Under the pieces are notes generated by a model. That model was given only the letters and a program-made list of their open reading frames with translations. It had not been told where the DNA came from and searched no databases. A program made the translations under genes and the position numbers. Source: a virus (Duplodnaviria > Caudoviricetes). From it: a stretch of 42,513 nucleotides of DNA. The stretch is taken from IMG/VR virus record IMGVR_UViG_3300049139_000057, positions 1 through 42,513 of that record; one strand, written 5' to 3'. Positions 25,674-34,000 of this stretch are shown in pieces. Position 1 is the stretch's first letter; every line of letters starts with the position of its first letter.

Positions 25674-25794
25674 CGCACCATGATATGACACATTCATGTG
25701 ACACCAACTCATACGAACGGTTGGCACAACCTGACCGTTCGGTGGATGTCACATTCATGTCACACCCTCCTAAGGTTGTGACATGAATGCCACA
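25529..25794. promoter_or_regulatory. Five 18-bp operator-like repeats and divergent promoters of the genetic switch
   Basis: Copies at 25529, 25598, 25686, 25747 and 25777 (reverse); -10 boxes TATCAT (minus) and TAAGGT (plus). Confidence 0.75.
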
Positions 25795-25989
25795 GCCAAC
25801 GGCCGGTCGACCTATACCGATGAGGCCGGCCGAGTGCACGTTCCTCTCAGGGAAGCCCAGCGCCGGCTGGGCATCTGCCGGAAGACCGCCTACCGCTGGC
25901 GGGACAAGGGATGGCTGACGTTCGTCAAGCACGACAGCCGCATTTGGTGCCCGGAATCTGAGCTGGAGGCCAGCAATGACCGCAGTTGA
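25783..25989 (+). CDS. Cro/excisionase-like HTH protein
   Basis: LREAQRRLGICRKTAYRW..KG.L; first rightward early gene. Confidence 0.8.
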   Translation: MNATANGRSTYTDEAGRVHVPLREAQRRLGICRKTAYRWRDKGWLTFVKHDSRIWCPESELEASNDRS

Positions 25990-26167
25990 CGGCGACCGCC
26001 CCGCCGCCCCGCCGCGACCGACGAACCCTTCCGACGGACCTCCGAGGCTCGGTCTCGACGACCCGGTACGCCTCTCCCGCGCCTCCCACATCCTCCAGAC
26101 GGCGCTCGCTCGCCACGGCCTCACCGTCTCCGATCTCCGGCCTCCCAAGCACGTCCGCGCCGCCTAG
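25976..26167 (+). CDS. Small hypothetical protein
   Basis: GGAGG RBS; overlaps upstream gene. Confidence 0.55.
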   Translation: MTAVDGDRPAAPPRPTNPSDGPPRLGLDDPVRLSRASHILQTALARHGLTVSDLRPPKHVRAA

Positions 26168-26349
26168 AACTCCCGCCGGCATGGCCCGGCCGGGTGCGTC
26201 GCGATCGGGGGACGCGGCGACAACTTCATAGGCCCCTCCGGCCACGGGGGACGGAGGGGCACCACAAGCCAGAAACGAGAGATGCCCCAGCCGCTACCAC
26301 GGCTGAGGCGCGATCTCCCGGGACACATGCAGAAAGAAGGAGTCCCAAA

Positions 26350-26628
26350 GTGATCACCTACCAGCCTACCGACACCGCAGAGGCACAGCAAGATCCGGCC
26401 CCGGTGACCCGCGTCTACGGCCACCCGCTCGAGCAGGTCGCCCGCGTCGACGCCCTGGACTGCCAGGCCGCCGCGACGTACCGGATCGGCGACCGCCTCG
26501 TGTGCGACTACCACCGACTCGAGGTCGCCCACGCCCTGTGGGAGGCCGACGCCCGCCAGCCCATGTTCGACGTGGAAGCGAGCCTGGGCCACCGCTGCGG
26601 CGAGACCTTCCCGGAGGTGGCGCGATGA
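26350..26628 (+). CDS. Hypothetical protein (Cys/His)
   Basis: AAGGAG RBS, GTG start. Confidence 0.6.
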   Translation: MITYQPTDTAEAQQDPAPVTRVYGHPLEQVARVDALDCQAAATYRIGDRLVCDYHRLEVAHALWEADARQPMFDVEASLGHRCGETFPEVAR

Positions 26629-26924
26629 ACCAGCACTCGATGCAGGACCTCGAGGACCTGCTGGCGTCCGCGAAACGGCACGCCGCGGCGTGGGAATCGC
26701 GCGACCTCACCACCGAGCAGGGCCGGTCCGAAGCGTACGACCACCTCGCGCACACCTTCGGGGCGCTGGAGCGCCTGTCGGCCGCCGCGAACGGCGTCCG
26801 CAGCCAGTATGCCTCGCAGCTGGTGGAGCACCAGACCGACCGGGCCGATGCCCTCAGGGGCGTCTGGGACGAGGCCGTCGGCGACCGCGAGTACGGGTTC
26901 AACCCGGACGGGGGTGCGCGATGA
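26625..26924 (+). CDS. Hypothetical protein
   Basis: GGAGG RBS, ATGA coupling. Confidence 0.65.
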   Translation: MNQHSMQDLEDLLASAKRHAAAWESRDLTTEQGRSEAYDHLAHTFGALERLSAAANGVRSQYASQLVEHQTDRADALRGVWDEAVGDREYGFNPDGGAR

Positions 26925-27109
26925 GCACCGTGATCTCGCGCTTCCTGTTCATCGGCCTGATGGTCCTCACCGTCGCCTCGGCTGTCGCCCTGGCGGGTCG
27001 CATCGACGGGTTGCCCCTGATGGCCACCGCCGTCCTTCGGGTCGCCCTGGTCCTGCTCACCGCCTACCTGTGGGTCGAGTGGTACCGGGCTGATCGGAGG
27101 GCGTCGTGA
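26921..27109 (+). CDS. Small 2-TM membrane protein
   Basis: ATGA coupling; two hydrophobic segments. Confidence 0.65.
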   Translation: MSTVISRFLFIGLMVLTVASAVALAGRIDGLPLMATAVLRVALVLLTAYLWVEWYRADRRAS

Positions 27110-27411
27110 CCGACCTCCACATGATCCTCGCCGCTTCCGTCGTCTCCACCGTGATCGTCCTGACGGCCATCGCGGTCGCCGCGAAGCGCTCCCGGTCCCG
27201 CTGGGCCGATGAACCCACTGACCTCCTGCCGCTGCTGGAGGACCCGCTGGGTCTGCACTTCGACGAGGCCGAGCGTCTGCTGCGCGGCGAGACGGATCCC
27301 GACATCGCGGCGATCTACGACCGCCGGGCCCTCCGCCCGTACGAGGACGAGCTCCAGACGCTCTCCATCCGACGACTCACGCGCCGCCTCGCGCGGCTCG
27401 ACCAGACCTGA
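27106..27411 (+). CDS. Membrane-anchored hypothetical protein
   Basis: GGAGG RBS, GTGA coupling, N-terminal TM. Confidence 0.65.
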   Translation: MTDLHMILAASVVSTVIVLTAIAVAAKRSRSRWADEPTDLLPLLEDPLGLHFDEAERLLRGETDPDIAAIYDRRALRPYEDELQTLSIRRLTRRLARLDQT

Positions 27412-27471
27412 AACCGCGCGGGGTCGCGCCAGCTGCTCGGCGCGACCCCGCGGCCACAGAAGGAGACCGAC

Positions 27472-27597
27472 ATGAACAACGACCACTGGACGTACGACGA
27501 CTGCGAGAGCTGCGACCAGCCTCTGAGCCGAGACGAGGCCCGCTCGGGCATCTGCGACGACTGCTGGCAGGCCCGCGACGAGGCAGGAGAGGAGTAG
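27472..27597 (+). CDS. 41-aa zinc-ribbon microprotein (not in ORF track)
   Basis: AAGGAG RBS; CESC...CDDC. Confidence 0.65.
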   Translation: MNNDHWTYDDCESCDQPLSRDEARSGICDDCWQARDEAGEE

Positions 27598-27697
27598 TGA
27601 CCCCGCCTCGCCGCCGCCGTCCCGGCCGCCGCGGAGGACGTAAGCACACGCCTCCCCCGCCGCCGCCCGAACCCACCGACACCCAGCAGGAGGACCA

Positions 27698-28474
27698 GTG
27701 AGCACCGACAATCTCGCGCAGTTCAAGTTCCCCGAGACGTCCCAGGACATCCGCTCCTTCGCCGCTGGCGGCGAGCACTGGTTCGTCAACGGGGACGTGT
27801 GCGCCGCGATCGGCATCAAGAAGCCGCGCGACGCGTTCGCCCAGCTCGACGACGACGAGAAGGCGTCCATGGCCGTGGACACGAATCGCGGACCCCGGAA
27901 GATGGCCGTCGTCAGCGAGGCCGGCCTCTACGCGCTGATGCTGATCAGCCGCTCCGAGAAAGTGAAGCCGTTCCGGCGGTGGATCACCCACGAGGTCATC
28001 CCCGCGCTCCGCCGCGACGGGATGGTCGTCAACGAGAAGGCGATCACCGACGAGCAGATCGAAGCTGGTCGGGAGAAGCTGTCCGCGCTCGCGCAGCGCC
28101 GCTTGGAAGAGCGGATGGACTACAAAGCCATCCTGCACTCCCTCAAGCTCGGCGGGGCCGTCGCCGACGAGTACCGCATGGTCCAGAACACGCTGTACGT
28201 CCGCCTGTTCGGCGCTACGGCCTCCCGCATCCGCGAGACCCGCGAACAGCTCACCGGCGACCGGCTCAAGCGGTCCGAGGGGTTCACGAAGGAGTCCTCG
28301 AAGGTCGCGAAGAACTACCTCACCGAGGACGAGCTGAAGACCCTCAACTCGACCGTGCTGGCGACGTTCGCGCAGATCCAGCTGCACTACCCGAACGGCG
28401 CCAACGCGGGCCAGATGATCGCCGCGATCAACCGCGCCGCCGACCTCATGGACGTTCGGGCGGTGGCGGCATGA
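27698..28474 (+). CDS. Bro-N antirepressor-like protein with RhuM-like C-terminus
   Basis: WFVNGDVC, VSEAGLY.L...SR, FRRWITHEVIPALRRDG; C-term VAKNYLTEDELKTLN. Confidence 0.88.
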   Translation: MSTDNLAQFKFPETSQDIRSFAAGGEHWFVNGDVCAAIGIKKPRDAFAQLDDDEKASMAVDTNRGPRKMAVVSEAGLYALMLISRSEKVKPFRRWITHEVIPALRRDGMVVNEKAITDEQIEAGREKLSALAQRRLEERMDYKAILHSLKLGGAVADEYRMVQNTLYVRLFGATASRIRETREQLTGDRLKRSEGFTKESSKVAKNYLTEDELKTLNSTVLATFAQIQLHYPNGANAGQMIAAINRAADLMDVRAVAA

Positions 28475-28812
28475 GGACCATCCGCATCTACGAGCTCGAC
28501 ATCACTTATCCCGAAGGGGCGGACAAGGACTGCGACGGCGACTGGGAAGACAGCGGGACCCGCGAACCCGACGGCTCTCCCGGCTCCTACTGGGTCCGCC
28601 GGTTCCCCGCCGAGCGCCGGTTCCTGTCCCGCTCAGGCGCCGAGGCCCGCGCCCGCCGCCTGGCCGCGCTCGGCTGCACCGTCGAAGTCTGCCGCTCCGA
28701 GCCGATCGAGTTCAAGACCGAGCCGATCGCGCACTTCGACGCCCTCCCCCCGGCCGATCCCGAGCCGGAATCCACCGTCCCGTGGGACGACCCGAACTTC
28801 AAGCCCTTCTAG
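28471..28812 (+). CDS. Hypothetical protein
   Basis: ATGA coupling. Confidence 0.65.
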   Translation: MRTIRIYELDITYPEGADKDCDGDWEDSGTREPDGSPGSYWVRRFPAERRFLSRSGAEARARRLAALGCTVEVCRSEPIEFKTEPIAHFDALPPADPEPESTVPWDDPNFKPF

Positions 28813-28821
28813 GAGACAGCC

Positions 28822-29169
28822 ATGACCGACATCCTGAACGCCCCCAAGTGGCACACCACCGCCGAGGACGAGACCACCGAACTCCGCCGCCGCCTGGCCG
28901 ACGCCGAGCTGCGCGCGATGAACGCCATCGCCGCTGAAGACGTCGCCCAGTTCGCGTTCGAGACCGCGAAGCGCCGCGCCGACACCCTCGAGACCGTCCT
29001 GCAATCCGTCCTCGTGGAGTTCGTCATCGAACCCATCACCGGCGAAGCCCCAGAGTCCGTCCTGGACTCGATCGTGGACGGCCTCCTGGACGACCTCGAC
29101 AGCGGCCTGGCCGTCGACGAACTCCCCGAGGTGGCCCGCCGGCTCCTGAACGGAGCGCAGGAGCGGTGA
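28822..29169 (+). CDS. Hypothetical protein
   Basis: AGGAG RBS. Confidence 0.65.
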   Translation: MTDILNAPKWHTTAEDETTELRRRLADAELRAMNAIAAEDVAQFAFETAKRRADTLETVLQSVLVEFVIEPITGEAPESVLDSIVDGLLDDLDSGLAVDELPEVARRLLNGAQER

Positions 29170-29258
29170 ACGAGGACGAGCAGGAGAACCCGCCCGAGGA
29201 GCCCGTGATCTACGGGCCCGACGGATTCACGCCCATCAACCAGAAAGCGCCGTTCTGA
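29166..29258 (+). CDS. 30-aa microprotein
   Basis: GTGA overlap upstream, TGATG overlap with ATPase gene. Confidence 0.45.
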   Translation: MNEDEQENPPEEPVIYGPDGFTPINQKAPF

Positions 29259-30172
29259 TGACCAACCCGTTCGCACCCGCCACCCGCGAAGCCGCGAAGG
29301 CCCGGATCGCCCTGTGCGGCCCCGCAGGTTCGGGGAAGACGTACACCGCCCTGACCCTCGCTACCGCGCTCGCCGACAAGGTCGCCCTCGTCGACACCGA
29401 GCACGGCTCCGCGTCGAAGTACGCGCCCGGCAAGTCCGGCGACGGGTTCGTGTTCGACACCGTCACGCCCGCCAAGTTCGACCCCCGCGGCCTCGCCGAG
29501 ATCCTCGGGCACGCCGCGGCGGCCGGCTACGGCGCGGTCGTCGTCGACTCCCTCACCCACTACTGGTCTGGCCTCGGCGGGATCTTGGAGCTGGTCGACC
29601 AGTCCAACTCCGGCGGTGCCAACCGCAACCAGTTCGCCGGGTGGAAGACCGTCCGCCCCTGGGAGCGGGCCCTGATCGAAGCGCTCCTGGCGTTCCCTGG
29701 GCACGTCATCGTCACCATGCGCACCAAGACGGAGTGGGTGATCGAGGAGAACGACCGCGGGAAGAAGACCCCCCGGAAGGTCGGCATGAAGCCCGAGCAG
29801 CGCGAAGGCATCGAGTACGAGTTCGACATCGTCGGCGACCTGGACCAGGAGAACACCCTGGTCGTCACCAAGTCCCGCTGCGTCGACCTCTCCAATGCCG
29901 TCATCCCGCGGCCGGATGCCGACCTGGCGAAGCAGATCCAGGACTGGCTGGACGGCGGTGTGGAGCTGCCCGACGCCAACGAGTACCGCGACAAGGCCGT
30001 GGAAGCCGCCGCCGACGTCGACGCCCTCCGTGCCCTGCACGCCGAGGTGAAGCGCCGCCAGATGCTCGGCGCGCAGATCGAGAACGAGAACGGCGACATC
30101 GAATCCCTCGGCGAACTCATCACCCGCTACGGCGCCGAGGCGCGCGCCGCCAAGAACGGAGCCACCGAATGA
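29258..30172 (+). CDS. Sak4-like AAA ATPase (single-strand annealing recombinase)
   Basis: GPAGSGKT Walker A, DTE, VVVDSLTH, QREGIEYEFD motifs. Confidence 0.88.
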   Translation: MTNPFAPATREAAKARIALCGPAGSGKTYTALTLATALADKVALVDTEHGSASKYAPGKSGDGFVFDTVTPAKFDPRGLAEILGHAAAAGYGAVVVDSLTHYWSGLGGILELVDQSNSGGANRNQFAGWKTVRPWERALIEALLAFPGHVIVTMRTKTEWVIEENDRGKKTPRKVGMKPEQREGIEYEFDIVGDLDQENTLVVTKSRCVDLSNAVIPRPDADLAKQIQDWLDGGVELPDANEYRDKAVEAAADVDALRALHAEVKRRQMLGAQIENENGDIESLGELITRYGAEARAAKNGATE

Positions 30173-30657
30173 CCGAAATCCAGGACCTCGCCCGCCGCAC
30201 CGTCGCCGTCGGGCTCGTCGCCAACCAGACCAAGGACATCGAGAAGGAACTCAAGGCCGAGCTGCTGGAGGAGTGCAAGCGGACTGGCACCCGCACGCTC
30301 GACGTGGTCGACGAGGACGGCACGAAACTCGCCACCGTCTCCAAGGCCGTGGGGAAGGCGAAGGCCGCCGTGGTCGACGCGGACGCGTTCGAGGCGTGGG
30401 TGACCAAGAACTACCCCGACGCGGTCACCACCATCACCGTCATCGACTCGGACTTGAAACTGCGCCTCCTGAACGCCGCCACGGCCGCCGGCGACCCTGT
30501 CGACGTCGCCACCGGCGAGGTCATCCCGGGAGTGGAGATCGCGCAGGGCTCGACGTACATCACGGCCCGGCCCACGCCTGAGGCGAAGGCCAAGATGCGC
30601 GGCCTCCTCGCGGGTTCGCCCCTGCTGGAGCTGGCCGGGGGTGAGACCGGTGAGTGA
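30169..30657 (+). CDS. Recombination-module hypothetical protein
   Basis: ATGA coupling; TGEVIPGVE motif. Confidence 0.7.
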   Translation: MTEIQDLARRTVAVGLVANQTKDIEKELKAELLEECKRTGTRTLDVVDEDGTKLATVSKAVGKAKAAVVDADAFEAWVTKNYPDAVTTITVIDSDLKLRLLNAATAAGDPVDVATGEVIPGVEIAQGSTYITARPTPEAKAKMRGLLAGSPLLELAGGETGE

Positions 30658-30835
30658 GCCGAAGATGTCCCTCCGCCGCACCGCCGACGTCTCCGCCTCT
30701 GGCGTCATCGACACCATGTGGACCGCCTGCTGCCCGCCGCCGTGCGGGCTCACCTACCGGTGCATCAACTCCCGGAACACGTACGCCTGGACCTCCCGCC
30801 ACATCGACCGCTACCACCCGAGGGAGGCGCAGTGA
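30650..30835 (+). CDS. Small Cys/His hypothetical protein
   Basis: Fills gap between coupled genes. Confidence 0.5.
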   Translation: MSEPKMSLRRTADVSASGVIDTMWTACCPPPCGLTYRCINSRNTYAWTSRHIDRYHPREAQ

Positions 30836-31158
30836 AGAAGGACGAGAAGACCGCGCGCCGGCTGGTTCGTGAACGCTCCGGGGACGTCTGCGAGGTCTGC
30901 GGAGCCAGTCGGGCCACCAACTTCCAGCACCGCGTCAACCGGTCCCAGGGCGGCCAATGGTCGGCCTCCAATGGACTGCACGTGTGCGGCTCGGGGACCA
31001 CTGGTTGTCATGGGCGTATCCACCACAGCCCTGAGGAGGCGTACGCCCTCGGGTGGTCCGTGAAGGGCGCTTTCGACCCCGCCGAGACTCCGGTGCGGAC
31101 CTGCTACGGGTGGGTCCTCCTGGACGACGAAGGCGGCCGGACGGTGGTGGCGTCATGA
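30832..31158 (+). CDS. HNH endonuclease
   Basis: CEVC...HR.NRSQGG...N..HVC...CH..IH. Confidence 0.85.
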   Translation: MKKDEKTARRLVRERSGDVCEVCGASRATNFQHRVNRSQGGQWSASNGLHVCGSGTTGCHGRIHHSPEEAYALGWSVKGAFDPAETPVRTCYGWVLLDDEGGRTVVAS

Positions 31159-31670
31159 ACCGCGACGAGCTCGCCGAGGACACCCTCCAGCAGTACTGCC
31201 TGCCGCTGATCCGCAGAGTCCATGAGGAACCCCCAGGGCAGTGGGGGCCGTGGCTGGCGTCCCTGCCTGAGGACCGGGTCCGGGTGATGGCGGTCCTCCT
31301 CGCCGCCCTCGTCCCCGTCGACGAGCCCGTGTCGGCCCTGACCGCGTGGACCCGCCTGGGTGTCCCGCAGCCGGTCGAGACCGAGACCGTCGCCGCAACC
31401 CTGGCGACCTGGCTCGTCAACGGTGGCGCCCCGCCGGTTCAGAGCGCCGTGGAGATCGACGGGAACCTCATCGACCTCGTGGCCGTCCGCCAGGCCCTCC
31501 AAGGGCAGGAAGCGCACCTGACGTCCGCTGAGCGTCGCCTGGCGATCCTCGCCGGCACCAGAGCCGGGCTTTCCTCGGCTGACATCGCGAAGCGGATCCG
31601 CATCACGCAGCGGTCGGTCGTCCGCACTCGGAGTGCGCTCCAGTGCGGGCGCAGGGAGGTGGCGGCATGA
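31155..31670 (+). CDS. HTH DNA-binding protein
   Basis: IDLVAV...LTSAERR...GLSSADIAKRIRITQRSVVR C-terminal HTH. Confidence 0.7.
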   Translation: MNRDELAEDTLQQYCLPLIRRVHEEPPGQWGPWLASLPEDRVRVMAVLLAALVPVDEPVSALTAWTRLGVPQPVETETVAATLATWLVNGGAPPVQSAVEIDGNLIDLVAVRQALQGQEAHLTSAERRLAILAGTRAGLSSADIAKRIRITQRSVVRTRSALQCGRREVAA

Positions 31671-32122
31671 TGCGCAAGACCGTCTCCTCGATCACCGACA
31701 TCGAACTGTCGGCCCTGTACGACCTCCTGGAGGGGCGCGGCCGGTCCTACACCGTGGCTGTGCCGGCCCCGGCCAAGTGGCTGAACGCGAACGACCGGCA
31801 CGGGCACTGGGCTGAACGCTCCGGCCCCACCCGCGACTGGCGGCAGGCCGCCGCCTGGGCGGCCAAGGCTGCGAAGGTCCCCGCGCTCAAGCGGGCCTCC
31901 ATCACCGCGGTCGTGCACCGCGCCGACCGCCGCACCGACACGGACGCCCAGAACCGCTACCCGACCATCAAGGCCGCCGTCGACGGCGTGGTCGACGCGG
32001 GCGTGCTCCCCAACGACACGGACAGGTTCCTGCTGTCGCTGACGATCCGGCCCGGCAAGCCCGTTTCGCGGAGCGACTACCCGCGGGGCGTGCTCGAAAT
32101 GATCATCACCGAGGAGGGCTGA
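31667..32122 (+). CDS. RusA-like Holliday junction resolvase
   Basis: LNAN.R.HW and D..N..PTIKAAVDG.VDAGVL.ND motifs. Confidence 0.75.
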   Translation: MMRKTVSSITDIELSALYDLLEGRGRSYTVAVPAPAKWLNANDRHGHWAERSGPTRDWRQAAAWAAKAAKVPALKRASITAVVHRADRRTDTDAQNRYPTIKAAVDGVVDAGVLPNDTDRFLLSLTIRPGKPVSRSDYPRGVLEMIITEEG

Positions 32123-33000
32123 TGTCCCGTATCCGCACACTGAAGCCGACCCGGTTCACGTCCCGGTCGCTGGCGAAGTGCCCCAGGGATGCCCGGACCA
32201 CGTTCGAGGGGATGTGGTGCGAGGCCGACGACCACGGCCGCGGCATCGCCGACGCGAGGCTCCTGAAGGGGGCGATCTGGCCCCTGGACGACGACATCAC
32301 TTTCTTGCACGTTTCTGCATTCATCGACGTGCTGGCTGCGACAGGACACATCCGCCTCTATGCAGTCGACGGCGAGGCCTACTACGAGGTCACGAACTGG
32401 GAGAAGCACCAAGCCGCGGCCTACCGGAGAGGCGACGCCAAGTACCCGCCCTTTTCCGCAGGTCAGCCCCTCGAAAGCCTGTCTGCACACGAAACCATGC
32501 AAGAAAGTGCAGCGGGCACGCAGATGGGTGCTGGAACAGGGAACAGGGAACAGGGAACAGGGATAACCCCTGACACGTCGTCGGCTTCGCCGCCGCCATC
32601 GCAGGAACCCCTCATCGACGTTCCCGAGCAGCACTCCACGGACGTCGCGGTCGTCGACAACGTCATTGACATCCGTCGCGACGACGCCGGCGCGATCCTC
32701 GGCGAACTCATCGACAAGTGCACCGCCCGCAAGGTCACCCTCACCGGGAGGGTGAAGGGCCACTTCGCCCGCGAGATCAAGACCGCCCTCGACGAGAACA
32801 CCGAACCCGACATCATCCGGTCCGCCCTCGCGTCGATGGTCGCCGACAACGTCCTGGACAAGCCCTCGTGGCTGCCGAATCGGATCGTCAAGGCCCAGAC
32901 CGGGTCCGAGGTGTACCGCCGCGGCACGTCCACGTCGGTCACCGACGAACGCGCCGCCGGATGGATCGTGCTCGGCGCGCAGATGGGAGCGGCGTCGTGA
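32122..33000 (+). CDS. Phage replication initiator protein
   Basis: RIRTLKP..F, W..ADD.GR, NWEKHQ, GTGNREQGTG motifs. Confidence 0.8.
   Translation: MSRIRTLKPTRFTSRSLAKCPRDARTTFEGMWCEADDHGRGIADARLLKGAIWPLDDDITFLHVSAFIDVLAATGHIRLYAVDGEAYYEVTNWEKHQAAAYRRGDAKYPPFSAGQPLESLSAHETMQESAAGTQMGAGTGNREQGTGITPDTSSASPPPSQEPLIDVPEQHSTDVAVVDNVIDIRRDDAGAILGELIDKCTARKVTLTGRVKGHFAREIKTALDENTEPDIIRSALASMVADNVLDKPSWLPNRIVKAQTGSEVYRRGTSTSVTDERAAGWIVLGAQMGAAS
32533..32563 (+). repeat. (GGAACAG)x4 tandem repeat inside the rep gene
   Basis: Read directly; encodes GTGNREQGTG. Confidence 0.85.
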
Positions 33001-33656
33001 ACATCGAGGAAGCCGGATACGTGCTCGCGGTCGCCGCGGCCTACGACAACCGCCCGCCGTCGCAGGCGGTCGCCACGACTTGGGCGTACGACCTCAAGGA
33101 CATCACGCAGGCCGACGCCATCGACGCCGTGCGCGAGCACTACCGCAACAACCCGGACGTCTGGATCAAGCCCGGGCACGTCGTCGAGATCGTGAAGCGC
33201 CACCGCAGCAAGGGACTCGCGAACGCCTCCCGCGTGGAGAACGCCGTCATCGAGGCCTTGGACCCCGACGACCCGGACTACCTCCGGAAGTACCAGGAGG
33301 CCATCCAGAACGCCCGCCGGATCGCCGCGGAACGCCCCGATGTGATCCCCGCCCGGGTCGCGGTCGGCGGCCGGGTTCCGACCGCCGAGGAGTGGGTCGA
33401 GAAGGCCGCCCGCGGCAAGGCCATCGTGCAGCCCGTCCTCGACAGCATCGCCGAGAAGAAGGTCACCGAAGACCCGCACCAAGCCGACATCCCCGACAAC
33501 CTGCGACGAGCCCGCGAGGTCGCCCGCCAGTACAAGCGGGACCGCGACAAGCGCCCCGAGCAACAGGCGAAGCCGCTCGCCGGCGCCGTCGGCGATGACC
33601 CGACCCGACTCGTCTCGCAGTTCAAGCAGATCCCTGAGAAAGCAACGACCGAATGA
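32997..33656 (+). CDS. Helicase loader/inhibitor-like protein
   Basis: AAAYDNR...W...L...DA..AVREHY...WI.PGHV; follows rep. Confidence 0.65.
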   Translation: MNIEEAGYVLAVAAAYDNRPPSQAVATTWAYDLKDITQADAIDAVREHYRNNPDVWIKPGHVVEIVKRHRSKGLANASRVENAVIEALDPDDPDYLRKYQEAIQNARRIAAERPDVIPARVAVGGRVPTAEEWVEKAARGKAIVQPVLDSIAEKKVTEDPHQADIPDNLRRAREVARQYKRDRDKRPEQQAKPLAGAVGDDPTRLVSQFKQIPEKATTE

Positions 33657-33706
33657 CCTGGCGGTCAGGTCCTCTCCCAGATCAACCAGAACCGAAAGCA
33701 GGAAGC

Positions 33707-34000
33707 ATGAGCACGCGATTCCGCAAGAAGCCCGTCGAGATCGAAGCCGTCCAGTGGACCGGCGACAACGAGGACGAGCTGCACACCTTCACCGAGGGGC
33801 AGTTCTACGCAACCAGCGGTGATGACCGCGCCAACAGCGAGGACCCCGAAGCGACCGCGTCGGTGTTCGACGTCCTGCACTCCACGTGGGTGTTGGTCTA
33901 CACCGGGCAGTGGGTGATCCGTGGCGTGAAGGGCGAGTTCTATCCGATCGCTGAGGACGTCCTCGCGGAGACGTACGAGCGCATCGGGGAGTCCCGCTGA
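33707..34000 (+). CDS. Conserved phage protein (FRKKPVEIEAVQW family)
   Basis: FRKKPVEIEAVQW...WVIRGVKGEFYP...TYE. Confidence 0.75.
   Translation: MSTRFRKKPVEIEAVQWTGDNEDELHTFTEGQFYATSGDDRANSEDPEATASVFDVLHSTWVLVYTGQWVIRGVKGEFYPIAEDVLAETYERIGESR

Noticed and set aside
25529-25794. Spaced repeats as a mini CRISPR array
   Set aside because: Only 18 bp, degenerate, irregularly spaced, one inverted, no cas genes; an operator explanation fits better.
30832-31158. HNH as a mobile homing endonuclease or intron
   Set aside because: Short free-standing gene, coupled in the operon and interrupting nothing.
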